A stretch of 20,000 bases of DNA, from the IMG/VR virus record IMGVR_UViG_3300032323_003315; one strand, written 5' to 3'. This DNA is from an uncultured virus (IMG/VR IMGVR_UViG_3300032323_003315). Lineage: Duplodnaviria > Heunggongvirae > Uroviricota > Caudoviricetes. The position numbers were made by a program, and so were the translations under genes. Under the pieces are notes generated by a model. That model did not search any database. It was not told the origin of the DNA and worked only from the letters and a program-made list of their open reading frames with translations. The stretch's first letter is position 1. Every line of letters starts with the position of its first letter. Below are positions 7,785 to 15,726 of the stretch, one piece after another.

Positions 7785-8718
7785 ATTTGTGTATTAAGTC
7801 TTTTAGATTGTTGGCAAAGTTATGCCATGTGTATTTTGTTCTTACCAAACTACATCCGTTTCCTGCTATAAATGTTCTTTCGTCCTCATGCTCAAGATAG
7901 TATTTTATTTTCTCTAACAACTCGTCTAATGTTTTCCATGTTGCTATTTCATTTCCAATATTAAAATCTGCTTGTATGTTGGTATAATGATGCGTAAGGC
8001 AAAACGCCCCCGAACCCATAATTCTTAACATTCTATCGGAAGTATAACGGCTATAATCAAAATGGGAAAGGTTTATAGCTATTTTACATGTACGATATGC
8101 AACTGCTTCGTCCGCATATCTTGTCAAAATGCCATCTTTATTTGGCCAACCCGAACCATACAGACCAAAATCGCTATTAAACTCTTGTTTGAGAAGTTTT
8201 ACCATATCACATCTGAATTTGCTTAAAGGGAAGTTTATGGTATCAAAATAGTTTGAGCCTAAAAACAGAATGGGTTGAAAATATTTATTTGTACTGCCAA
8301 CGGGGGTAAAATCCACATCATCAAAACCAACTTGCAGATAATCTGACATAATGCCTTGCGCTCTAATTTCAAGCACATCATTCATGTTGGTAAAAAGTGT
8401 TAAGTGTATTTGCTTTCCTGTTTCTATGTAATGTTGTGGTAATGGGTATCTAACATCCCCTGTCCAATTTATAACTTTTGTTTTTGACGACAAAATCTTT
8501 AATGTTTTGTCAGTAACCACATTTCCGCTTTGAATGTGAAGTAAAACATAATTAGGGTTAAAATTATCTGTGGCTTGGATTATATCGTCTTGTAAAGCGT
8601 CTGAATTAAAACCATAATCTGTCCAATCTATGCTCTTGCAATCAAACACATCACTTAACGCTTCCGTAAGGCGTGGGTTATGATTACCCATGCGTAAGTA
8701 TAACAATCGTTTTTTCAT
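7777..8718 (-). CDS. GT-B glycosyltransferase, CgeB-like
   Basis: WTGD, FLGS, LYGSGW, KIAINLS, SDRMLRIMGSGAFCLT, KIKYYLEH..ER..IA and YTW. Confidence 0.85.
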   Translation of the reverse strand: MKKRLLYLRMGNHNPRLTEALSDVFDCKSIDWTDYGFNSDALQDDIIQATDNFNPNYVLLHIQSGNVVTDKTLKILSSKTKVINWTGDVRYPLPQHYIETGKQIHLTLFTNMNDVLEIRAQGIMSDYLQVGFDDVDFTPVGSTNKYFQPILFLGSNYFDTINFPLSKFRCDMVKLLKQEFNSDFGLYGSGWPNKDGILTRYADEAVAYRTCKIAINLSHFDYSRYTSDRMLRIMGSGAFCLTHHYTNIQADFNIGNEIATWKTLDELLEKIKYYLEHEDERTFIAGNGCSLVRTKYTWHNFANNLKDLIHKYE

Positions 8719-8719
8719 T

Positions 8720-9397
8720 TTATTGCGTTGGAGGTACTAACACATAAGGCGGTGGTACTCTCTGTATGTTTTCGCCGTTTATGTAATTGCGAATATTGCT
8801 CAAGTGGATATGATAGGTTTTTATAGACAGGGATGGATTAACAAGCGAGTATCCTGCGCTTTCAAGCAAGTATGCTATTGAATTATCGCACCCTGCTATA
8901 CCCATGGTGAAGTCTGCGCCCTCTACGTTTGGAACACCACCCTTGAAAATCCATGTATCTTGGCTGTCTGCTCTGTTAAATAACACGGCATTGCTTTGGT
9001 AGTTGGACATATCCGAAACATCCCACCTTGACAAAGCCAATGCTTTATTGCTTGTGGTAACGTATTGCTCTATAACTTCCATGGTGTCCTTGCAAATAAC
9101 AATATCCGAATTGCAGATGATATTGATATTGTCGGGTTGATTAAAGTATCTTTCGGTAATGTCAAAATAGTCATTATAGGTCGGTCTTTCCTGCATCACT
9201 CTCCTGTGCAATATTTTATCCCTTTGAATGGTGCGAGAAATAATACCATCATATTTTTTGCTGTCTTCGCCGTTAATGATTACATAGCAACAGTTGAATT
9301 TCTCGTTGTTGAGATTTTGCTCAAAACAGAAATCTATCTCTTTTTGCCTTTCGGGGTTTTTGTCTGTATAGTAGTTTACAAACAGGTTGTATTTCAT
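8720..9397 (-). CDS. Putative GT-A fold glycosyltransferase (start revised from 9454 to ATG 9397)
   Basis: IICNSDI (NxD variant of DxD), ALSRWD, SQDTWIF, GCDN, NPS and HIH. The revised start removes the overlap with the upstream gene. Confidence 0.65.
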   Translation of the reverse strand: MKYNLFVNYYTDKNPERQKEIDFCFEQNLNNEKFNCCYVIINGEDSKKYDGIISRTIQRDKILHRRVMQERPTYNDYFDITERYFNQPDNINIICNSDIVICKDTMEVIEQYVTTSNKALALSRWDVSDMSNYQSNAVLFNRADSQDTWIFKGGVPNVEGADFTMGIAGCDNSIAYLLESAGYSLVNPSLSIKTYHIHLSNIRNYINGENIQRVPPPYVLVPPTQ

Positions 9398-9402
9398 TGT
9401 GC

Positions 9403-10116
9403 TTATAAAAGTATTAAGGATATAATACCGCCCAACCCAAAACCAAACCACCACTTTTTATATATGGGCGTTTTGGGCTTAAACTGCGTGTTGTTCAATT
9501 TTGATATGTCCACGTTGGGGTTGTCGCTTACCACTTCAATTTTGTATTGGTCTGCTTTAAATATCCCTCCGCTTACTTTACCCGTAGTAATGGTTAATTC
9601 GTTTGGTATGCTCAAACTATCTATAACCACTCCGTCGGATTTTACTGTTCCTGCAATCTGAAAATATTTGTCGTTTTTTTCAAAAGGTAGCGGTGTCTTT
9701 ACAAAAGTTTGTGGATTGTTAGGATTTGAACTATCAACATATTTTATTACTTCCACCTTGTAAGGCACTTGCACTTCTTTGATTTGCGTTATGGTCTGTA
9801 CTTGCACCTGCCCCTGTATGCTCTTGAATTTGTTTATCGTTTTTACAAGGCGCATATTCTCTTTGGTTGCTTCCATAATTCTCTGCTCTTGCAGGGCTAC
9901 TATTTTTCCATTATCGGTTCTGTATTTTTTAAACTCCTGTTCTTTGTCAGAAAGTTGTTTTACCAATTCCCGTGCTTGCCTGCGATTGTTTAGCACCCAC
10001 GAAAAAAACAACAGCGCAAAAATTATGACGATTGCCCCATATAGGTACATTCTATATTTGGTTTTTTTATCGTTGCGCTCGTTTGCAACAAAGGGAATAT
10101 TCTCAAAATCGCTCAT
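9403..10116 (-). CDS. Membrane-anchored coiled-coil protein with hydrophobic N- and C-termini (possible lysis accessory or spanin-like protein)
   Basis: TM segment LYGAIVIIFALLFFSWVL, coiled coil, beta-rich part (SIPNELTIT, VVSDNPNV), C-terminal WWFGFGLGGIISLILL. Function is inferred. Confidence 0.55.
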   Translation of the reverse strand: MSDFENIPFVANERNDKKTKYRMYLYGAIVIIFALLFFSWVLNNRRQARELVKQLSDKEQEFKKYRTDNGKIVALQEQRIMEATKENMRLVKTINKFKSIQGQVQVQTITQIKEVQVPYKVEVIKYVDSSNPNNPQTFVKTPLPFEKNDKYFQIAGTVKSDGVVIDSLSIPNELTITTGKVSGGIFKADQYKIEVVSDNPNVDISKLNNTQFKPKTPIYKKWWFGFGLGGIISLILL

Positions 10117-10373
10117 GGTATGTTTTGTATTTGGTCAATTTCGTAAAAGCGCATGTTTAACTTGTTCAGTTTTGCAACAAGCAATGAAGCATCGGCAATA
10201 TTATAGCGAGAGGCTAATATGGGGCTTTTGACTACTGTGTATTGACATGTGTAAATATCCACGTCGCAAAGATAGCCCTCAAGGTTTACGTTCCTTTCAA
10301 GCATATCAGCATGCACCGCAATATCAAAGGGATTTGATTGATGCTTTTTGATTACATAATTTTTATTGCTCAT
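10113..10373 (-). CDS. Hypothetical protein
   Basis: ATGA overlaps with both neighbours. Confidence 0.7.
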   Translation of the reverse strand: MSNKNYVIKKHQSNPFDIAVHADMLERNVNLEGYLCDVDIYTCQYTVVKSPILASRYNIADASLLVAKLNKLNMRFYEIDQIQNIP

Positions 10374-10588
10374 TGTTGTATGTATTTAAGATAGACGAAC
10401 AGAATGACATAAAACGCGGTGGAAATCTTTATGTTTATTGGGGCTATTCTTTCCGTAAACACTTGCATTTCAGCCGTAGTCATAAACCTGCCTTCACGAA
10501 CATAGGTTATTACATCCATGATAGTCAATGCTACATAATAAAAAGGCAGAGATGTGAAAAATAGGATTATTGCTAAAAGTCGCTGCAT
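10370..10588 (-). CDS. Small membrane protein (2 hydrophobic segments)
   Basis: LLAIILFFTSLPFYYVALTIM and ISTAFYVILFVYL; tightly packed in the operon. Confidence 0.7.
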   Translation of the reverse strand: MQRLLAIILFFTSLPFYYVALTIMDVITYVREGRFMTTAEMQVFTERIAPINIKISTAFYVILFVYLKYIQQ

Positions 10589-10590
10589 GA

Positions 10591-11226
10591 TTATTGGTTA
10601 AAAGGTGTTGTATATGTTTCGTGTGTTGGTGCGCCACCCCATTTTTGCTCATAGTGTTTACGGCACTCAAAAACTTTGTCATAAAGAGATTTGTCTTTTT
10701 CTCCCGATTTGCTTGTCCTCAAAACTTCGGGCAAAATTATTTCGGTAGTAACAACATTGGCCTCTGCTAATTTCAAGCGATAGTTATAATCGGTATCCTC
10801 GTAATAAGCGGGATAATAGTTTTCGTCAAACTTGCCCATGGTCTGATAGGTTTTGAATGGTATGATAAAAGAACAATAAGAGCCGCAATGATAAAAGTCT
10901 GCGGGATTATGTTCAAGCCATGCTTCTATCTCTTGCGCCTTCCTGTGCAATACAACATCATCATTAAGAATAAGTATGTGGGTATATCCCAATCCTGCCT
11001 GTCTTTCTATGATTGCGTTCCATGATGCCGCAACGCCCAAGTTAGTTCCTGCATTAAACACCTTTATCTGCGGAGGGTTTTCGGAAATTTCTTGATTTCC
11101 ATTGTCTATAATGTAAATATGGCGATGCTTAAAGGTTTCTGCATATACCGCCAAGGCTTCCTCAAGTAAATCCTTGCGATTGATAGTGGGAATACCAAGG
11201 GCAAGTGTAGGTCGTATGTTGCTCAT
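10591..11226 (-). CDS. GT-A glycosyltransferase (GT2-like)
   Basis: GIPTINR, IIDNG, NLGVAASWN, LILNDD and FDENYYPAYYEDTDYNYR. Confidence 0.9.
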   Translation of the reverse strand: MSNIRPTLALGIPTINRKDLLEEALAVYAETFKHRHIYIIDNGNQEISENPPQIKVFNAGTNLGVAASWNAIIERQAGLGYTHILILNDDVVLHRKAQEIEAWLEHNPADFYHCGSYCSFIIPFKTYQTMGKFDENYYPAYYEDTDYNYRLKLAEANVVTTEIILPEVLRTSKSGEKDKSLYDKVFECRKHYEQKWGGAPTHETYTTPFNQ

Positions 11227-11555
11227 TCTATAATTTCTCCTGTTTCAAGGTCAATGGTGTCGTCATTATGGGTAAACAGATTAGTGAGTGCTGTTTCCAT
11301 AAGTTCTATTTTCTCCACGCTTAAATTGGTGTAATACCTATCGTTGTGTTTGCGGCATACAGGAATAAACCATATACGCACCTTATCGCCCTCTTTGATT
11401 TCCTTACGGGTAACAAGCATGCGGAACGGTTCACCTTTGATTTCAAACACTACGGGCTGTATCATACCCTTAATTCGCTTGCGTATCATTATGCTACCAA
11501 AGTATTCGTTTTTGGCTGTAATCTGCGCTATTTTACCTTCGGTGCGGATAAGCAT
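11223..11555 (-). CDS. OB-fold ssDNA-binding-like protein (DUF3127-like) with acidic tail
   Basis: EGKIAQI...VVFEIKG...EGDKVRIWF...RYYTNL pattern; tail DDTIDLETGEIIE. Confidence 0.6.
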   Translation of the reverse strand: MLIRTEGKIAQITAKNEYFGSIMIRKRIKGMIQPVVFEIKGEPFRMLVTRKEIKEGDKVRIWFIPVCRKHNDRYYTNLSVEKIELMETALTNLFTHNDDTIDLETGEIIE

Positions 11556-11563
11556 ATTTTTAT

Positions 11564-11587
11564 TTACAAAAATAATACTTTTTGTAA
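11564..11587 (-). promoter_or_regulatory. 9-bp inverted repeat overlapping a -7-like element
   Basis: TTACAAAAA-TAATAC-TTTTTGTAA. Minus-strand TATTTTTG at 11567-11574; no -33 TTTG seen. Confidence 0.35.
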
Positions 11588-11606
11588 TATGTTTTTACGT
11601 TTTTGT

Positions 11607-11846
11607 TCACATTAGCGGGTTATATTGTACCTTGCCCCTATATCTACGCTCAAAGAGTTCTTTGCCGCTCATGCCTTTCATGCCAAAACTTTTAAGTGCT
11701 TCGTTGTATGTGTCAGCCATGGCTTCAAGGTGTTCCTGTTCGGTTGGAAGCATATCGCGTAAAGCATGCAACATGTTCTCTTTGGTGATAACTTGATTGG
11801 GGTTTCTTTCAAGCATTTCTATTATGGCTTCTATGGGTGTTTTCAT
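11607..11846 (-). CDS. Hypothetical protein, distant member of the 'TAVEWL/AKEMEKEQI' small phage protein family
   Basis: MKTPIEAII...LPTEQEHL...GKELFERRY parallels the 12428-12673 product. Confidence 0.7.
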   Translation of the reverse strand: MKTPIEAIIEMLERNPNQVITKENMLHALRDMLPTEQEHLEAMADTYNEALKSFGMKGMSGKELFERRYRGKVQYNPLM

Positions 11847-11856
11847 TTGTCTGATT

Positions 11857-12081
11857 TTATATTTTAGGTTTTGGCTTTAAGTCGCCGTTATTGTCGTATT
11901 CGTAACAATTAGGGCAATAGTGATTATCGTTATCGTCTTTCTCCCAATCGCTATCCATCGCACATTGTTCTGCCCAACCTGCATCATCCCAATAAGCGTG
12001 TCCGTCTATGGCTTCGGAAGCGCATATTGTACCGCATGTATCGCACTCAATGGCATAAAATGTTTTTTCTTTAAAACTCAT
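11857..12081 (-). CDS. Small Zn-ribbon protein
   Basis: CDTC...CPNC; SD GGAGGT 5 nt upstream. Confidence 0.8.
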   Translation of the reverse strand: MSFKEKTFYAIECDTCGTICASEAIDGHAYWDDAGWAEQCAMDSDWEKDDNDNHYCPNCYEYDNNGDLKPKPKI

Positions 12082-12083
12082 TT

Positions 12084-12431
12084 TTAACCTCCCAACCTTT
12101 CGTTAAAGTAATTTTCAAAGTTCAGTTTGTTTTCGGAAATCTTATGAAATTCCACGCCCATCAGTTCTGATATATCTTGATAAGCAGCAATGGCAAAATC
12201 AATCATATTTTGCTTCTGTATTGCTTTGGCCTTTTTGTATATATCCGCCCATTCAGCAGGTGTGTTTGCTCTTTTGTATTGGTCGTCCTTCACTTGCTCT
12301 ATAAGCCATTCTACCCCGCCTATTTCGCGATAGTTGTTATCGGGGCAACATGCCAAATATCTTTCTCCGTTTTTATTTAGGCCAAGCGGTTCGTCATTCA
12401 GCCGCCCACAGCCCGTACACATTTTTATCAT
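12084..12431 (-). CDS. Cys-motif (CTGC...CC) domain fused to a 'VEWL...AK' family domain
   Basis: GVEWLIEQV...KKAKAIQKQNMIDF...ENYFNE; SD GGAGGT 5 nt upstream. Confidence 0.8.
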   Translation of the reverse strand: MIKMCTGCGRLNDEPLGLNKNGERYLACCPDNNYREIGGVEWLIEQVKDDQYKRANTPAEWADIYKKAKAIQKQNMIDFAIAAYQDISELMGVEFHKISENKLNFENYFNERLGG

Positions 12432-12673
12432 TTGTTACCTCCGTATTTGTCGTTGTAGTATTGTTCTGCCCAAGTTTTAGTTTCTTCTAAATTATAGGCA
12501 TCGCCATCACCTGCTTGATAAGCAGTTTCAATCTGTTGCTTTTCCATTTCTTTGGCTTGTTCTTTAATCTTATTCAGACGTTCACATTCTGACCAAGAAA
12601 GGTTACTACTAAAACAAGCCCATACTTCATCATATAAAAAATCTACTGCTGTTTGCCGTTTCTCTTTGCTCAT
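12428..12673 (-). CDS. 'TAVEWL/AKEMEKEQI' family small phage protein
   Basis: QTAVDFL...EQAKEMEKQQIETAY..G...AEQYYNDKYGGNK. Confidence 0.85.
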   Translation of the reverse strand: MSKEKRQTAVDFLYDEVWACFSSNLSWSECERLNKIKEQAKEMEKQQIETAYQAGDGDAYNLEETKTWAEQYYNDKYGGNK

Positions 12674-12698
12674 TTGTTACCTCCGTATGTTTCGTTGT
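12428..12698. repeat. 29-bp direct repeat (27/29 identical) at two consecutive gene junctions
   Basis: 12428-12456 and 12670-12698 share the exact 19-mer tcatttgttacctccgtat, which contains the SD, stop and next start on the minus strand. Confidence 0.85.
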
Positions 12699-12852
12699 CC
12701 ATAAGCCATGTTAATAGTGGTGTATGTTTTTTGTGGTTTGCCCCTGTTAAAATCCAAATAGGGTTTAAGATAAGTAGAATAAAAAACCCATCCAACATGC
12801 TGCATGGTAAAAAAAACAGCACTTGGCAAAAGCGTATCAAAATGTTTCTCAT
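12670..12852 (-). CDS. Small hydrophobic protein
   Basis: Long hydrophobic stretch; ends NETYGGNK. Confidence 0.7.
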   Translation of the reverse strand: MRNILIRFCQVLFFLPCSMLDGFFILLILNPIWILTGANHKKHTPLLTWLMDNETYGGNK

Positions 12853-12855
12853 GCT

Positions 12856-13053
12856 TTATTTGTTTTCTCGGCCAAAGGTAATGTTGTTTTTAACCCGTAT
12901 GTCCTTATGGGTAAAAGACCATAGCTGCCCGTCGTTAAGTATTACGGTGTATATAGTATCCGTTTCATGCCCATAGTCGGTTACAAGCCAAATAATGCCA
13001 TCGCCCTTGGGTGTGGAAACATCAACTCTGTTTTGCGGTTCGTATATAATCAT
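12856..13053 (-). CDS. Conserved small beta-rich phage protein
   Basis: TPKGDG...DYGHE...GQLW...DIR..NITFGR pattern recalled from aquatic phages; tightly packed in the operon. Confidence 0.75.
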   Translation of the reverse strand: MIIYEPQNRVDVSTPKGDGIIWLVTDYGHETDTIYTVILNDGQLWSFTHKDIRVKNNITFGRENK

Positions 13054-13056
13054 GTC

Positions 13057-13509
13057 CTATGGCAAATAATCAAATATAGACATTTGCCCCGTCATGTGGC
13101 TTTCTCCCCCCTCAATCAAAACTTTCTTTTGCCGTTCCATTTGCCTCTGTATCGCCGCCAAACTTTCGTGCATCGCCGCAATTTTGCCTCTCTGCATATC
13201 AATCCATCTTTCAATATCCTGTATGTTGGTCGCTACATAATAGCCATCATTGTTTGCAATCAGCAAGTCAAGCAAGTCATTGTTACGGATATGGAAGATG
13301 ATTTTACGAATTTGGCTATCGGCTATATCCTGCCCAAACTCTTTTAGCACCTTTCTAATCTTGGTGTTTGAAAATACCTTTTCCTTGTCCTTGCGGTGCT
13401 GCATCATATTCAGCACCAAAGGTAGCAATACGTTTTTCTCATGGTTTGATAGGGCGGCAAACGCGCTGCGGCTATCTACCTTTTCAATTACGTTCTCGTT
13501 GTCGTTCAT
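13057..13509 (-). CDS. Winged-HTH protein with C-terminal beta-clamp-binding-like motif
   Basis: IRKIIFHIR...IANNDGYY wHTH pattern, coiled tail, and GQMSIFDYLP end. Confidence 0.65.
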   Translation of the reverse strand: MNDNENVIEKVDSRSAFAALSNHEKNVLLPLVLNMMQHRKDKEKVFSNTKIRKVLKEFGQDIADSQIRKIIFHIRNNDLLDLLIANNDGYYVATNIQDIERWIDMQRGKIAAMHESLAAIQRQMERQKKVLIEGGESHMTGQMSIFDYLP

Positions 13510-13510
13510 G

Positions 13511-13726
13511 TTATTTAAGGGAATTTATTAAAAGTAATGTTAGGTTCTGTTGATGTTCATTTCGGCCTTCTGCTTCAATCGTAATTCGCACATGCGCCAA
13601 ATTCTTTTCCTTGTCCTCTCCAATCTTTTCAATGTTGGCATGGTAGTATGGATATTTGTCTGAATGGCTTTTTACAAGGTCGTAAACATGGGTTTCAACC
13701 CAAATCTCTATCGGCTCATTATTCAT
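13511..13726 (-). CDS. Hypothetical protein (start at ATG 13726 or 13747)
   Basis: ORF track; ATG 13726 overlaps the upstream stop region. Confidence 0.6.
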   Translation of the reverse strand: MNNEPIEIWVETHVYDLVKSHSDKYPYYHANIEKIGEDKEKNLAHVRITIEAEGRNEHQQNLTLLLINSLK

Positions 13727-14090
13727 CGTCTTTGTATTCGTCGTCATTTGATGTTATTGCTTCAATATACCTTGCCCAACCCATACCTCTTGCTGCAAAC
13801 GCATGTTTAACGGTATGTCCAACCATAGCACCTGTTTGCCCAAATTGCTCATCCTCTTTAAGATTATCATCTTTGCACATGTAATCAATCAATGGCTTCA
13901 ATTTAGCATGAAATACATCGGGCTTGTTTGAATTTATCCATGCGTGAAGTTCGGGGTTCTTATCAAAAAACTCCATGCCACGGATAACCATTCGCTGACA
14001 TTCAAGTTCGTAATCGCAAGGGTTTTTGTCGTCCTCTGAAAAACCGCTTAAAAAATCCCCTACGGGATAAGCGTACTTTTGTTGTTCCAT
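13719..14090 (-). CDS. Hypothetical protein
   Basis: 123-aa ORF in the co-oriented block with an A-rich leader. Confidence 0.75.
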   Translation of the reverse strand: MEQQKYAYPVGDFLSGFSEDDKNPCDYELECQRMVIRGMEFFDKNPELHAWINSNKPDVFHAKLKPLIDYMCKDDNLKEDEQFGQTGAMVGHTVKHAFAARGMGWARYIEAITSNDDEYKDDE

Positions 14091-14103
14091 ATTGTTGTCG
14101 TGT

Positions 14104-14418
14104 TTAAATTGTGTCCTTTAATAATGCTTGCTTGTATCTGCGGTGTCTTTTCATGGTTTCGTTCCATGCTTCTCCGCCTTTATAATAAATCTTTGAACCG
14201 CCCCTATCTTCTCTTGCTTGCAAATTCTTTTTATGCTTTTCGGGCTGCGTAGTAAAAATAACCAATCGTCTGCTCACGCTAAACATCGCGGCTATTTTCC
14301 TTTGGGATAAACCTTGCTGAAACCAATACTGCATCATTTCCTTTTGGCATGGCAATAGCTTGGTGCGCTTGTCAAGGAAAGGGTCTTGGATTTTAACCTT
14401 TTCAGTTTTGTATGGCAT
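14104..14418 (-). CDS. HTH DNA-binding protein
   Basis: QQGLSQRKIAAMFSVSRRLV helix-turn-helix. Confidence 0.75.
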   Translation of the reverse strand: MPYKTEKVKIQDPFLDKRTKLLPCQKEMMQYWFQQGLSQRKIAAMFSVSRRLVIFTTQPEKHKKNLQAREDRGGSKIYYKGGEAWNETMKRHRRYKQALLKDTI

Positions 14419-14429
14419 AGCAATTTAAA

Positions 14430-15248
14430 TTATGGCTTTATTTTGTAGTAATTCTGTATTGACTTGTATCTGCGTTTCATGTGGGCTGCAACTTCATCGT
14501 GGCAGGCTTTAATTGCAATCAACCTCTCTACATTATTATTAAAGGCAAACACATTATTGTCTTTAGTAGTTCTTCGTTTAAGTAGCCGTCGTGTTACATC
14601 TTCTCGTAGTGCGCTTTCGGGTTTTAGTTTTTCTACATGAACAGTATAGCTGCAAAACCCCAATTCTGCATCATTTTGTTTTATTCGGTTCTCATAATAC
14701 TTGATTGCTCTTGAATATATTGCTAATTGAGCCGTATAAATATCAAATACAAGATGCTGCAACATTTCATTCTTTGCCGCGTCTAAAAGTTCAATATCCA
14801 AGTGTTTCACCCAAGCATCATTTAAAAACAGTTCATATTTAATCCGCGCTTCAATCTGCTTGATACATTTTTTTACAGCACGAACACGAGGGCGCATTGT
14901 AAAAGGCATCCAATCATAACCTTGATTGATATATTTATCGCTTCCGTATTGCTGCCAACGACTACGCAACACATTTTTACCAACATTGTTTATTTTCAAT
15001 TCGTTGAATACAACAGAACATAACCCACTATGGTTGGGCCGAGTATGTGGCAAATGGCATGTAAATAACACTTTGCCAAAAATCTTAAATTCCCATTTAC
15101 GGGATATATGGCCAAGCATGCTTTGAAATTGATTTACTTCCCAAGTAAGGTGCAATAACTTGCCATATTTGGCAATAGCTTCTTTAGATGCGTCTTTTGT
15201 CGTGGTCATAATCTGTTGTTCACTTGCAAACTTACAACTTATTTTCAT
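14430..15248 (-). CDS. Hypothetical protein with an apparent internal duplication (GxCS...RxxAxKxC)
   Basis: 272-aa ORF, first gene of the leftward block; start position uncertain. Confidence 0.7.
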   Translation of the reverse strand: MKISCKFASEQQIMTTTKDASKEAIAKYGKLLHLTWEVNQFQSMLGHISRKWEFKIFGKVLFTCHLPHTRPNHSGLCSVVFNELKINNVGKNVLRSRWQQYGSDKYINQGYDWMPFTMRPRVRAVKKCIKQIEARIKYELFLNDAWVKHLDIELLDAAKNEMLQHLVFDIYTAQLAIYSRAIKYYENRIKQNDAELGFCSYTVHVEKLKPESALREDVTRRLLKRRTTKDNNVFAFNNNVERLIAIKACHDEVAAHMKRRYKSIQNYYKIKP

Positions 15249-15274
15249 ACCCGCAAACTTTTTTTTGTTTTATT

Positions 15275-15307
15275 TTTGCAAATAAGAATAAAAACACTTT
15301 ATCTTTG
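15275..15307 (+). promoter_or_regulatory. Bacteroidota-type sigma-A promoter for the rightward operon
   Basis: TTTG (15275-15278), 21-nt spacer, TATCTTTG (15300-15307), at the strand-switch point. Confidence 0.75.
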
Positions 15308-15327
15308 CAATCAGATAACACGAAACT

Positions 15328-15717
15328 ATGATGTTCCTAAAACAACTACTGCAAATCGTAATCCCACAATTCGCCTTTACATTCGTTATTGGCATGCTTT
15401 TCTTCTTCTATGTACGCAAACGCTACATTAGGGCAATCGTTGAGGTTATATCGGGCAAAGAGCATGGCGATTACAATAAGGTAAATCGTAAAATCAAAAT
15501 ACTTGGTGCATCCATTTTCGCCCTTATACTGCTGTTTGCTTTTTTACTTATTGAAACTTATAAGAGGCAGATGTTTGCGCTTTTGGATAGCAACTTTACC
15601 AAAGCGTTTTCGCTTTTCCTGTCTATCTTGGGGTTTTCAGTATCATTTATTGGAGGTGCTGAAATTGCATCTTGGCTTGTACATGACGAAGATTATAGAG
15701 AACAACAACCTAAATAA
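15328..15717 (+). CDS. Membrane protein (3 hydrophobic segments)
   Basis: Hydrophobic stretches near aa 10-27, 57-74 and 92-114. Confidence 0.75.
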   Translation: MMFLKQLLQIVIPQFAFTFVIGMLFFFYVRKRYIRAIVEVISGKEHGDYNKVNRKIKILGASIFALILLFAFLLIETYKRQMFALLDSNFTKAFSLFLSILGFSVSFIGGAEIASWLVHDEDYREQQPK

Positions 15718-15726
15718 CACATACAC

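Noticed and set aside
12084..12101. Ubiquitin-like C-terminal RLGG, and YGGNK ends, as members of the GG-motif family
   Set aside because: The Gly-Gly is encoded by GGAGGT, the SD of the next gene, which explains it more simply; no beta-grasp features are evident.
11964..12473. 14-bp exact repeat attgttctgcccaa (11964-11977 and 12460-12473)
   Set aside because: A 14-mer match is plausible by chance in 20 kb of AT-rich DNA, and the surrounding proteins are unrelated.
4434..15126. Numerous plus-strand ORFs of 60-198 aa in the ORF track
   Set aside because: They lie antisense to well-supported minus-strand genes and show no motifs or expression signals.
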